Part shown: piece after piece, positions 1 to 7,830 of the stretch | Layout: each line of letters starts with the position of its first letter | How positions within the stretch are numbered: the stretch's first letter is position 1 | Source: Methanocaldococcus jannaschii DSM 2661 | Lineage (GTDB): Archaea; AGJL01; Methanococci; Methanococcales; Methanocaldococcaceae | Direction: 5' to 3' | Assembly: GCF_000091665.1 (NCBI RefSeq) | Contig: NC_000909.1 | Span: 90,001-122,000, forward strand | Length of the DNA: 32,000 nucleotides | Translations under genes and position numbers: made by a program | The notes under the pieces: generated by a model | Told to the model about the DNA's origin: nothing | The model's input: only the letters and a program-made list of their open reading frames with translations | The model's database searches: none

Positions 1-752
1 AAGTTTTTATACCCAGTTGCAAAGGCAGCTAATAGGGGAATTCCATAAGCTTTTGCATAGCTATAGATAAACCAGTCAATTGGCTCCAACATTCCAGCAA
101 TAAAGATAAATATAAAGGAACAAGCTATAAGAATTACTATTTTTTTACTTGTTATTTCTCTTTTAACTATTGGGAGAATTTTATTTGATAATTCTACTCC
201 AACAACGACTGCAGTGGCAAATCCAAAAAATTCAAAAAATCCATGTGGAAGGACAGCAATTAAATCAGAATATTGAAGATTTACTCCAATTAATCCAGTC
301 AGTGGATTTATGACAGTAAAGATAAATAATATTAATAGATATTTTTGATAACACTTAAATAGTTCTTCTTTCTCTTCAAGTGTTTTAGCTTTTTCTAAGT
401 CTTTCTTATATAAATAAGCAAGTGCTCCAAGAGCAAACATTATAATCAAACACCCCATAAAATTAGAAACTATATATGAAAGAGCATAAGTTAAGTAAGC
501 ATTTTTTACCCCAACAGTATTCGATACAGCTGAAGAAACAGCGTTAAATTTTGCAGTTCCAACACTTTGAGCTAATTTAGCTGGTTCAGATATAAAATTG
601 GATTTTAAAATAGATGATAAATATAAAAGGAACTTCCCTACAGAGAAAGAAAACAGAAATCCTGCCCAACACAAAAAATAGGTTATTAAAATCTTTTTTG
701 GAATATTTAAAGAGAGATATTTTTTAAAAATCTCCATGGCTTTTACTTCCAT
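1..752 (-). CDS. Integral membrane protein, SpoIIM/DUF95-like (N-terminal ~250 aa; C-terminus beyond window start)
   Basis: Absent from the ORF track because there is no stop in the window. My translation of the minus strand from ATG 752 (alternative ATG 737) stays open to position 1: MEVKAMEIFKKYLSLNIPKK...LPHGFFEFFGFATAVVVG.... It has several hydrophobic helices and a PHGxxE-type motif. A TATA-like tttataaaaag lies ~25 nt upstream. Confidence 0.6.
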   Translation of the reverse strand, partial: MEVKAMEIFKKYLSLNIPKKILITYFLCWAGFLFSFSVGKFLLYLSSILKSNFISEPAKLAQSVGTAKFNAVSSAVSNTVGVKNAYLTYALSYIVSNFMGCLIIMFALGALAYLYKKDLEKAKTLEEKEELFKCYQKYLLILFIFTVINPLTGLIGVNLQYSDLIAVLPHGFFEFFGFATAVVVGVELSNKILPIVKREITSKKIVILIACSFIFIFIAGMLEPIDWFIYSYAKAYGIPLLAAFATGYKN

Positions 753-799
753 GATTTCCCTTGGAACTTTTTATAAACGTTTAGATGGAAACTGTTAGG

Positions 800-1041
800 T
801 TTTCATTACCGAAGCTACGCTTTGGTTAAATAAATCCTAACGGATTTGTAGCTCTTCGCTCCGCTCCGATTAAATGAAAACTTTTTGAGTTTTTGTAGCC
901 AGAATTGAAACTTTCTGTTTCATCAAAATTTTTATGAGCATCCCTCGTAGAAAGGGATTCCAACCTATTGGACATTAATTGCCCCTGTAAGGGGCAACTT
1001 AATGGACATGTGATATCCCAATAGGAGGCATCCTCCTATGG
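800..1041. repeat. Modular GC-hairpin chain element, copy A (left boundary approximate)
   Basis: Chain of short perfect hairpins: aaatcc/ggattt 832-847, atccct/agggat ~939-959, ttggacattaatt-gcccctgtaaggggc-aacttaatggac 968-1007, and terminal cccaataggagg-cat-cctcctatgg 1017-1041. Modules recur at 7186-7425, 11642-11833 and 20260-20333. Confidence 0.75.
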
Positions 1042-1044
1042 TAT

Positions 1045-1476
1045 TTAAATCATTCTTATTGGTCTTATAGCACCACAAGCCATACATTTGAGTAAATGAA
1101 CTCTTCCCTCCTTAATAATCTTGGTATCTGGCTTACCGCACTCTCTACAGATAACATACTCCCTCAAGAAGTCATTAATTCTTGATTTTAATAACTCTGG
1201 GCTGATTCTTCTCTGTAAGATTAATCTACCTCCCTCTAAGTTACCAGCACTACCAGTCTCTTTTAAAAGATACTTAGCAAAGAATTCCTCATCTCTATTA
1301 ACTGCCTTAGCCAACTCTCTAAAGTTTCTTATTATTGTTCTATTTCCTTCTATCAAAATCTCAATTTCTGGAAGTTCAAATCTATCTTTTTGGAAAACGT
1401 AATCTGGAATCTGACTTCTTGCTCTCTTTAATAATGCCTTATAATCATAATAGTCAATATTTTCAAGGTCGCTCAT
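1045..1476 (-). CDS. eif2b: Translation initiation factor aIF-2 beta subunit
   Basis: 143 aa ORF with a C-terminal zinc ribbon (CRECGKPDT...CMACG) and the typical aIF2-beta N-terminal helix region. GGTGA Shine-Dalgarno 7 nt upstream of the ATG. Confidence 0.95.
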   Translation of the reverse strand: MSDLENIDYYDYKALLKRARSQIPDYVFQKDRFELPEIEILIEGNRTIIRNFRELAKAVNRDEEFFAKYLLKETGSAGNLEGGRLILQRRISPELLKSRINDFLREYVICRECGKPDTKIIKEGRVHLLKCMACGAIRPIRMI

Positions 1477-1554
1477 TTTATCACCAAAATAAGATTATCA
1501 AAAAACTATAACTTTTAATTTATATAAAAAACTATCCCAATTGCCAAATGGTAA

Positions 1555-1629
1555 TATAGTGTCTTTCAAAATTTATAAAGCTTATTTATTAATAAGGAAA
1601 ATTTCAAAGTGTTTTGAAAGATACTATAA
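1555..1629. repeat. AT-rich inverted-repeat cassette enclosing a TATA-like core
   Basis: Arms tatagtgtctttcaaaa (1555-1571) and ttttgaaagatactata (1613-1629) match 16/17. The interior contains tttataaag. The arm sequence is nearly identical to the arms at 4840-4942. Confidence 0.5.
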
Positions 1630-1671
1630 ATTCAATTAAAAAAGAATAAAATTTCTAATTAATTATTTTAA

Positions 1672-1857
1672 TTATTTTATTCTCTTACCATTAACTTTCT
1701 TATTTTGCCATGAATATTTTCTCATTCTTTTATTTGGAAATCCACATGCAGCACATCTCTTTTTTCTTACGTGGTAGGCTCTTCTCCCACATCTTCTACA
1801 TCTTATGTGATATGAACCTTTGTTTCTTTTACCCATTGATGGAGTTCCTTTTGACAT
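1672..1857 (-). CDS. rpl37e: 50S ribosomal protein L37e
   Basis: 61 aa basic protein with a CxxC...CxxC zinc ribbon ([20 protein letters not shown]), the classic L37e sequence. Confidence 0.95.
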   Translation of the reverse strand: MSKGTPSMGKRNKGSYHIRCRRCGRRAYHVRKKRCAACGFPNKRMRKYSWQNKKVNGKRIK

Positions 1858-2076
1858 AAGTTATCACCTTAAAATCTTTAATTTGTGTTTTTATAGTTTT
1901 TGCAAATATTTAGAATACATTAAGGCATATAATGAACGCCTTCTTATAGAAGGCGGTCAATCTTCCTTCGTCAATTTAATAACTTTTGCAAAAAACCATA
2001 TATCCTCTTTTTGTTGTTATAAAAACATTGATTGACTATAATAGCAGATTATGCTATTTAAACTTTACCTTCTTTG

Positions 2077-2203
2077 AATAGGACTTTAGCAGTTTATATA
2101 CTATTATCTTTATATGAGAATTGTAGTATCTTTCAAAACATTATAGAATTTATATGAAGGTAGATATAAGTCAAGAAATATTTACTCCTACAAAAGTCCT
2201 ATT
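2077..2203. repeat. Inverted-repeat cassette, AGGACTTT-type arms
   Basis: Arms aataggactttagcag (2077-2092) and ctacaaaagtcctatt (2188-2203) match 14/16. Arms are related to those at 12609-12696. The interior carries several TATA-like runs. Confidence 0.45.
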
Positions 2204-2254
2204 ATTGAAGTTATAAATTTATTTATAAATATTTAAAAAATAGAATTTAATTAG

Positions 2255-2531
2255 TATTTTATTCCAGAAATCTGATTTTGCGATATTTTGTTTAAATTGT
2301 TTCCATTCCGAAACGGTCTGATTTTAATAAATTTGCAAGCAGAATTCCCATATAATAAAATTAGTTTCCATCCTCTAAGAGGTCTTATTTTAATAAAATC
2401 ATGCCAAAACAGAAGATTGATAAGGATAAAGATTTCCATCCTCCAAGAGGTCTTATTTTAATTGTTACTCTACCTGTTTTTGCCGTGATTTCTCTACCTA
2501 ATTTCCATCCTCCAAGAGGTCTTATTTTAAT
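2255..2531 (-). CRISPR. Mini CRISPR array 1: four clear repeats plus one degenerate terminal repeat, no cas genes in window
   Basis: Repeats at 2299-2328 (30 nt), 2364-2394, 2432-2462 and 2501-2531 (31 nt each). Unique spacers of 35, 37 and 38 nt. A degenerate copy lies at ~2255-2282. On the minus strand the repeats read ATTAAAAT...ATGGAAAC/T, so the leader is the higher-coordinate flank. Confidence 0.9.
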
Positions 2532-2824
2532 AGGGTAATCATTCACAACATAATATATTTCATCACTCTTAATATTTAAGCTTTTCTATACCATATTTTT
2601 CTAAGGATAAATAACCATCTTACAATATAAACCTTTTAGTATTTAAAATTTTATCTCTTTACTAAAACAGAGTATTTTTATCTTTTTAAATCCAAAAATT
2701 TAACTTATTTGTTAGAGAAATCTTATTTACTTGCCTAATTAATCCTAATTTTCAAAAATTCAAATAATTTGATTAAGTTAAATATTCTAAACAATCAAAC
2801 CAGCAAACCCTTAGAAATTAAATA
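2532..2824 (-). promoter_or_regulatory. CRISPR leader (conserved ~185 bp core at 2640-2824)
   Basis: 2640-2824 aligns by eye with 18361-18544 (tatttaaaatttt..aaaacagag..aaaaatttaacttatt.gttagagaaatcttattta..caaaccagcaaacccttagaaattaaat). Both copies abut a CRISPR repeat on the same side. Confidence 0.75.
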
Positions 2825-2901
2825 AATATTATTTAAATAAAGAAATAAAGCCTTTAAATTTATTAAACATAAGTCTAAACTCTTTCAGCGTGATAAATAT
2901 A

Positions 2902-3297
2902 TTACTCAAAAATCTCAATTGCTTTAAATGGACAGGCTTTTAAACAGTTTTTACAGCCGACACAGTCCTCTTCTTTGAATACTACATTATAATCCTCATC
3001 CATATAAATTACATTAATAGGGCATTGGGTTATGCAACAGCCACAATGCACACACTTCTCCAAATCCCTTTTTATAACTTTAGAGATTTCCTCAACTTCT
3101 CCAAATTTTGATAGATAATTTAAAGCTTTCTCTATAGTTTCTTTACTACCAAACAATTCCAATATCAAAAATGCCTCCTGTGGCTCTACCTTAGCTTTTA
3201 ATATGTTTATCTTAACTCCTGTATTTAATATAGTATCGGAAATAACTGGCTTGTTTATATGCTCTGAATCTGTCCAGTAATACACTCTCTTTCTCAT
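2902..3297 (-). CDS. NIL-domain / 2x[4Fe-4S] ferredoxin protein, partner of the DUF39-CBS homocysteine biosynthesis protein
   Basis: 131 aa with two CxxCxxCxxxCP motifs ([24 protein letters not shown]) after an N-terminal NIL-like domain. ATGA start/stop overlap with the upstream gene. Confidence 0.85.
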
Positions 3298-4823
3298 TTT
3301 TTCCCTCCGAATAATCTTGAGATATCTTCAGATGTTACAATGCCCACAACTCTTCTGTAGTCATCAACCACTGGAACACCAGAAATGTTATATTTACTCA
3401 TTTTTATCGCTACATGGTCAACGGGTTCATCTTCATGAGCAGTTATTACATTTCTTGTCATAATCTCTTCAATTGTCTTTTTGTTTTGAGCAAGAGCTTT
3501 AGCTATATCCCACGATGTAATTATTCCCACTAACTTCCCATGTTCATCAACTATAGGAAGATGGTTTATATTATGCTTTATCAAAATCTTAGCAGCTTCC
3601 ATAATGGATATATTGCTATGAGCAGTTATTGGTGGTTTGCTTAAAATATCCTTAACTAATGTTATTGGTGACTTCATTGGCTTGTTTTCAGCTCTTCCTA
3701 AAGTATCAACCCTCTCAGTTAGTAAAAACTTCCCATCCAAAATCCACTGTTTGAGGGTTTCAGCAACCTCTCTTGCCATCTTATAACTTGAAACAGAACC
3801 AGTTTTTACGGTTTTTTCAACATCTTTCCCATCTATATTTACATTTAATGTTATTTTTCCACTTCTTAACACTTTATAGTTTGTTTTTGCTATTAATGGT
3901 CTATCCCTCCTTGGAAATCCATAATCATAGATTGGCACTTCAATATCTTCATCTCTAATAGCACATCTCTCAGCTATCTTTTCATTTAAAACTGGGATTG
4001 GGATGCCTATACCAACATACAACGTGCTTCCATACCTTGGCATTGTAGCAGCCCTTATAAATTTAGGATTCATCTGTTTTAAATCTCCTTTAACCATTAA
4101 TGTTCCAAATGGTGGGTTATGCTGTGTACCCTCACCAATTACATATCCAATTCCTCCTCCTAAGAAAATCCTTGTTCCAATACCTATGGTATTAAATGAT
4201 TTTGTTTCTGGGTTATAATCATTCTGTAAAGGATTTAACTGTCCAGCGCCTGAATAATGAACGTTGTTATATTCAGGAAGTAGAATGCCCATGTAGGTGT
4301 ATATTTTCTCCTCCCTACTGTTTGTTGCTGCAGCATAAGTTTGATAGCAATTTCTTGGATTAACCATAATTGCCTGATTAACATCATCTAACGTTATTCT
4401 AACATTAACCTCCTTCCTTGGATAGCAGTCAGTTGTATATCCCTCAGCATAAAGCTCAACTTCCTTTCCTCTAACTAAATCCTCTATAACATGAGCTCCT
4501 CCGTAATCAATATCTACATCTGGGTCTTCGTTCGGTTGTGCAGCTCCTATATAAGCATCAACAGCAGCTAAACCTCCATAAGCTTCAACATTGTTTAAAT
4601 AAATCCTTAACATCTTTATTGGCGGGTCTGAATGTCCAAAGTTTATAAATACTCCAGATGAGCACATAGCTCCAAATGTTCCTGTTGTAACAACATCAAC
4701 ATAATCAGCCGCTCTTTTAGCTCCTTCTTCCTCAACTATTTTTATCATCTCTTCCGCTGTTACAACAACAGCCTCTCCTTTTTTAATCTTTTCATTAATC
4801 TCTTTGATTGTTTTCATAATCAT
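3294..4823 (-). CDS. DUF39 (COG1900) + tandem CBS domain protein (L-aspartate semialdehyde sulfurtransferase-type homocysteine biosynthesis)
   Basis: 509 aa. Long N-terminal DUF39-like region followed by a C-terminal CBS pair ([24 protein letters not shown]; [24 protein letters not shown]). I recall this as the MJ0100-type protein. Confidence 0.9.
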   Translation of the reverse strand: MIMKTIKEINEKIKKGEAVVVTAEEMIKIVEEEGAKRAADYVDVVTTGTFGAMCSSGVFINFGHSDPPIKMLRIYLNNVEAYGGLAAVDAYIGAAQPNEDPDVDIDYGGAHVIEDLVRGKEVELYAEGYTTDCYPRKEVNVRITLDDVNQAIMVNPRNCYQTYAAATNSREEKIYTYMGILLPEYNNVHYSGAGQLNPLQNDYNPETKSFNTIGIGTRIFLGGGIGYVIGEGTQHNPPFGTLMVKGDLKQMNPKFIRAATMPRYGSTLYVGIGIPIPVLNEKIAERCAIRDEDIEVPIYDYGFPRRDRPLIAKTNYKVLRSGKITLNVNIDGKDVEKTVKTGSVSSYKMAREVAETLKQWILDGKFLLTERVDTLGRAENKPMKSPITLVKDILSKPPITAHSNISIMEAAKILIKHNINHLPIVDEHGKLVGIITSWDIAKALAQNKKTIEEIMTRNVITAHEDEPVDHVAIKMSKYNISGVPVVDDYRRVVGIVTSEDISRLFGGKK

Positions 4824-4839
4824 AACCTCTACAAATTTT

Positions 4840-4942
4840 TATAGTGTTTTTCAAATGTTTTACGGTATAAGGTATTTATAAAAGCCCTATAGGCTTTTAT
4901 ATAAGTGCCTTAGAAATTTTATTAAGTTTGAAAAACACTATA
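4840..4942. repeat. Nested palindrome cassette: perfect 16-bp outer arms plus a 10-bp inner TATA palindrome
   Basis: Outer arms tatagtgtttttcaaa (4840-4855) and tttgaaaaacactata (4927-4942) are perfect. Inner arms tataaaagcc (4877-4886) and ggcttttata (4892-4901) are perfect. The cassette ends 17 nt upstream of the ATG at 4823. Confidence 0.65.
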
Positions 4943-5049
4943 GGTAATCCCTAAAATATATAAAAAGAGATATAAAAATTTTAAACTTCTAAAGTATTTG
5001 ATTCTATTATATCTGAGATTAAAATTGCTAAATAGAAAATAAAAAAGAA

Positions 5050-6405
5050 TTATCCTTCCTTAAACATTAATTGTCTCATTATTTGTCCTAAAGGTCCTCC
5101 AATTCTCAACATCTTACCCTTTCTCAACTTATCTATGGCATTTTTTGTTGTTTCATAATATCTTAAAACCTCCCTAACATCATTTTCTGTAGTTCCAGAA
5201 CCTCTTGCAATCCTTCTGATTCTTGAAGCTTTAATAATCTTTGGATTTTCTCTCTCTTCCTTAGTCATTGAACTTATAATTACCTTATATTTTTTTATCT
5301 TTGCCTCAGTTAAATGAGAAAGCTCTTTAGGCATAGCTCCTCCAAATCCAGGAATCATACTTAGGATTTTTTTCATTGAACCCATGTTTTCAATTGCTTC
5401 TAATTGAGTCATCAACTCATTTAAAGTAAATTTCCCTCTCATTATTGCATCTATGCTTTCTTCTGTTTTCTCATCAACCATGTCTTCAGCTTTTTCTAAT
5501 AGGCTCTCTAAATCTCCCATCCCTAACAGTCGAGATATAAATTTTTTAGGGTCGAATGGTTCTAAATCATCAATCCCCTCCCCAATTCCAATGAATTTTA
5601 TAGGTGCTTTTGTCTCAGCAACCGCACTTAACGCCCCTCCTCCTTTAGCAGAACCATCTAACTTAGTTACTATTATACTCCCAATCTCTCCAACTGCCTC
5701 TTTAAACGCTTTAGCTTGAATTCCTGCTTGTTGCCCAATAGTCCCATCTATAACCAATATGATTTCATCTGGATTTGTTATCTCTTTAATTTGCTTCATC
5801 TCTTCCAATAAACCTTTTTCCTCTTTATGTCTTCCAGCAGTATCTATAATTAAAACATCTGCCTTCTTAAATTTCTCCATCCCCTCTTTAACAATATCTA
5901 CTGGTGATTTTGTTCTTGTCTCATCCCCATATATTGGCACGTGGATTTTTTCAGCTAACTGCTTTAACTGCTCATAAGCCGCTGGTCTGTAGGTATCAGC
6001 TGCGATTAAAGCAGGTTTTAACCCTCTTTTTTGGATATACCTTGCTAATTTTGCTGCAGTTGTTGTTTTTCCTGAACCTTGAATACCAACTAATAAGATA
6101 ACATTTTGTTTTTTTGGATTTAACTCTAATTTTTTTGCCTCTTCTCCCAATAATTTGACTAATTCTTCATAGACAATCTTTATGATATGCTCTTTCTTTG
6201 ATAAACCCTTTGGTGTCTTTTCCTCTAAAGCTCTCCTCTCTATTTCTTTACTCATCTTTAAAACCAATTTTACATTAACATCTGCCTGTATTAAAGCCCT
6301 TTGAATATCTTTTATAACTTCTTTTATTAATTTTTTATCAACAAAGGCAGCAGCTTTTAGTTTGTTTAGGGCTTTGTTTAAATTTTCTCCTAATTTATCG
6401 AGCAT
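5050..6405 (-). CDS. srp54: Signal recognition particle protein SRP54
   Basis: 451 aa. N domain, G domain with [15 protein letters not shown] and TKLD motifs, and a Met-rich C-terminal M domain. Confidence 0.97.
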
Positions 6406-6498
6406 GATATCACCAAATTAAACTATACAACACTTAATAAAATATTATATTTCTTCAATTAAAAATTTTATTGTTTTCAGAAATTTTAGAATTATACT

Positions 6499-7053
6499 TT
6501 AAACAGTTCCCCATCTTTTAAATAAGCTATTATCTATTCCCAAAATATCTAAAACTCTTCCAACAACAAAATTAATTATATCATTTACATTTTTTGGTTT
6601 ATTATAGAAAGCAGGAATTGGAGGCATTACTATAGCTCCCAAATTTGAAAGTTTTAACATATTTTCTAAATGTATGCTATTAAATGGCATCTCTCTTGGC
6701 ATAATTATCAATTTCCTTCTTTCTTTTAAAGCGATATCACAAACTCTAACTATTAAATTTGCTGAGTATCCGTTGGCTATGGCTGATAAAGTTTTCATTG
6801 AGCAAGGCACAACTACAACAGCATCAAATTTGTTTGAACCAGATGCAAGAGGTGAGAAAAAGTCATCATTCTCATAATAGTCCGTCGCTAATTTTTTTAT
6901 TTCTTTCCAGTCAATATCAAGCTCTTCTTTAATTATTTTTTTAGCTGAATTTGAGATAATTAGATTAACTTCAGCTCTATCTTTCAATACCTCTAACAAT
7001 CTTTTTGCATAAATGACTCCACTCGCCCCGGTTATACAAACAATAATTTTCAT
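6499..7053 (-). CDS. ubiX: Flavin prenyltransferase UbiX family
   Basis: 184 aa. MKIIVCITGASG N-terminus and overall flavoprotein (UbiX/Pad1) pattern. Confidence 0.9.
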   Translation of the reverse strand: MKIIVCITGASGVIYAKRLLEVLKDRAEVNLIISNSAKKIIKEELDIDWKEIKKLATDYYENDDFFSPLASGSNKFDAVVVVPCSMKTLSAIANGYSANLIVRVCDIALKERRKLIIMPREMPFNSIHLENMLKLSNLGAIVMPPIPAFYNKPKNVNDIINFVVGRVLDILGIDNSLFKRWGTV

Positions 7054-7160
7054 AAATTCACCATTAAAAACTGTTAAGTTAAGATTTAAAAAATAAATAC
7101 TATTTAAAAATAGTTAATCCATAAATCTAAAAAAATAAATATAACAACCTAAAATAAAAT

Positions 7161-7185
7161 AATAAAATGGTGCCGAGGGAGGGAT
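7161..7185 (-). pseudogene. Displaced copy of the tRNA-Met 3' end (T-loop to CCA plus trailer)
   Basis: tggtgccgagggagggat at 7168-7185 is identical to 7426-7443, the 3' terminus of the intact tRNA-Met. The aataaaa trailer is also shared. Confidence 0.8.
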
Positions 7186-7425
7186 ACAAACGAAACTTTT
7201 AGAAAAAGTTAAACAAAATCTTTCAGATTTTGTAGCCCGAAGCTAACGCTTCGGTTAAATGAAAACTAAAAGAGTTTTCATAGCTGGAAAGCGTAGCTTT
7301 CCATTTCATCAAAATAGGATGCATTGCCTCGCTACGCTCGGCAATGCCTCTTAAAAGAAAGTGGGGTTGCCTCTGGCAACCCTGCTCTGAGTATCCCAAT
7401 AGGGCGAAGCCCTATGGAATAAAAA
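7186..7425. repeat. Modular GC-hairpin chain element, copy B (about 7 hairpins)
   Basis: Hairpins ccgaagc/gcttcgg 7237-7254, gaaaact/agttttc 7261-7279, tggaaagc/gctttcca 7284-7302, gcattgcc/ggcaatgc ~7321-7347, gggttgcc/ggcaaccc 7363-7383, and terminal cccaatagggc-gaa-gccctatgg 7395-7417. Confidence 0.8.
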
Positions 7426-7537
7426 TGGTGCCGAGGGAGGGATTCGAACCCTCGACCTCCCGGTTTCCCAGGACCCAGGCGTAAAGCCTGGGATATCCGT
7501 ATGAGCCGGGCGCTATAACCAGCTAAGCCACCTCGGC
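7426..7537 (-). tRNA. tRNA-Met (CAU, elongator) with a ~35-nt intron after position 37; CCA encoded
   Basis: Minus strand reads GCCGAGG...GCGCCCGGCTCATA[CGGATATCCCAGGCTTTACGCCTGGGTCCTGGGAA]ACCGGGAGGTCGAGGGTTCGAATCCCTCCCTCGGCACCA. Acceptor, anticodon and T stems all pair. The intron carries a 7-bp hairpin. Confidence 0.93.
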
Positions 7538-7628
7538 ACGCAACATCATTATAATTACAAACCCATATATATACTTTTCGGCGTAAGTTTTATATAGGGA
7601 GGTTTATAAATAAAATTTGCCTTTAAGG
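7538..7628. promoter_or_regulatory. Divergent tRNA promoter region
   Basis: tttataaata at 7603-7612 lies ~20 nt before tRNA-Leu. On the minus strand aaaagtatatatat (7563-7576) lies ~30 nt before tRNA-Met. Confidence 0.5.
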
Positions 7629-7716
7629 GCGGGGGTCGCCAAGCCAGGTCAAAGGCGCCAGATTGAGGGTCTGGTCCCGTAGGGGTTCGCGGGTTCAAAT
7701 CCCGTCCCCCGCACCA
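7629..7716 (+). tRNA. tRNA-Leu (GAG), long variable arm, CCA encoded
   Basis: GCGGGGGTCGCCAAGCCAGGTCAAAGGCGCCAGATTGAGGGTCTGGTCCCGTAGGGGTTCGCGGGTTCAAATCCCGTCCCCCGCACCA. The cloverleaf pairs correctly. The anticodon loop is TTGAGGG. Confidence 0.93.
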
Positions 7717-7724
7717 AATATTTG

Positions 7725-7802
7725 ATAGCGGGTTAGAAGAGGCATTGCTTCCATTAGGAAGCAATGTATCCTGGGTATAGCAATAGGGCGAAGCCCTATG
7801 CT
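7725..7802. repeat. Modular GC-hairpin element, short copy E (2 hairpins)
   Basis: gcattgcttcc-atta-ggaagcaatgt at 7742-7767 and caatagggcgaagccctatg at 7781-7800. The second hairpin has the same apex as copy B. Confidence 0.7.
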
Positions 7803-7830
7803 TTAAACCCCATCCCCCGCACCAAATATT
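7803..7830 (+). pseudogene. Displaced copy of the tRNA-Leu 3' end (T-loop to CCA plus trailer)
   Basis: aaaccccatcccccgcaccaaatattt versus genuine aaatcccgtcccccgcaccaaatattt (7698-7724), ~25/27 identical. Confidence 0.8.

Noticed and set aside
753-800. Displaced 3'-end copies of aIF2-beta (753-800) and of the PAC2-like gene (11581-11641) on the far side of elements A and C
   Set aside because: By-eye alignment gave only about 9/16 scattered matches and no in-frame peptide similarity. The duplication pattern is therefore claimed only for the four loci where it is clear.
2251-2439. 62-aa ORF
   Set aside because: It lies inside the CRISPR repeat-spacer array. The repeated peptide segments (IKIRPLRGWK / IKIRPFRNGN) are simply translated repeats.
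2255-2900. Search for cas genes or a complete CRISPR-Cas system next to either array
   Set aside because: The flanking ORFs are L37e, the NIL-ferredoxin gene, SecD and cdhE. No Cas-like protein is encoded in the window, so only orphan arrays can be claimed.
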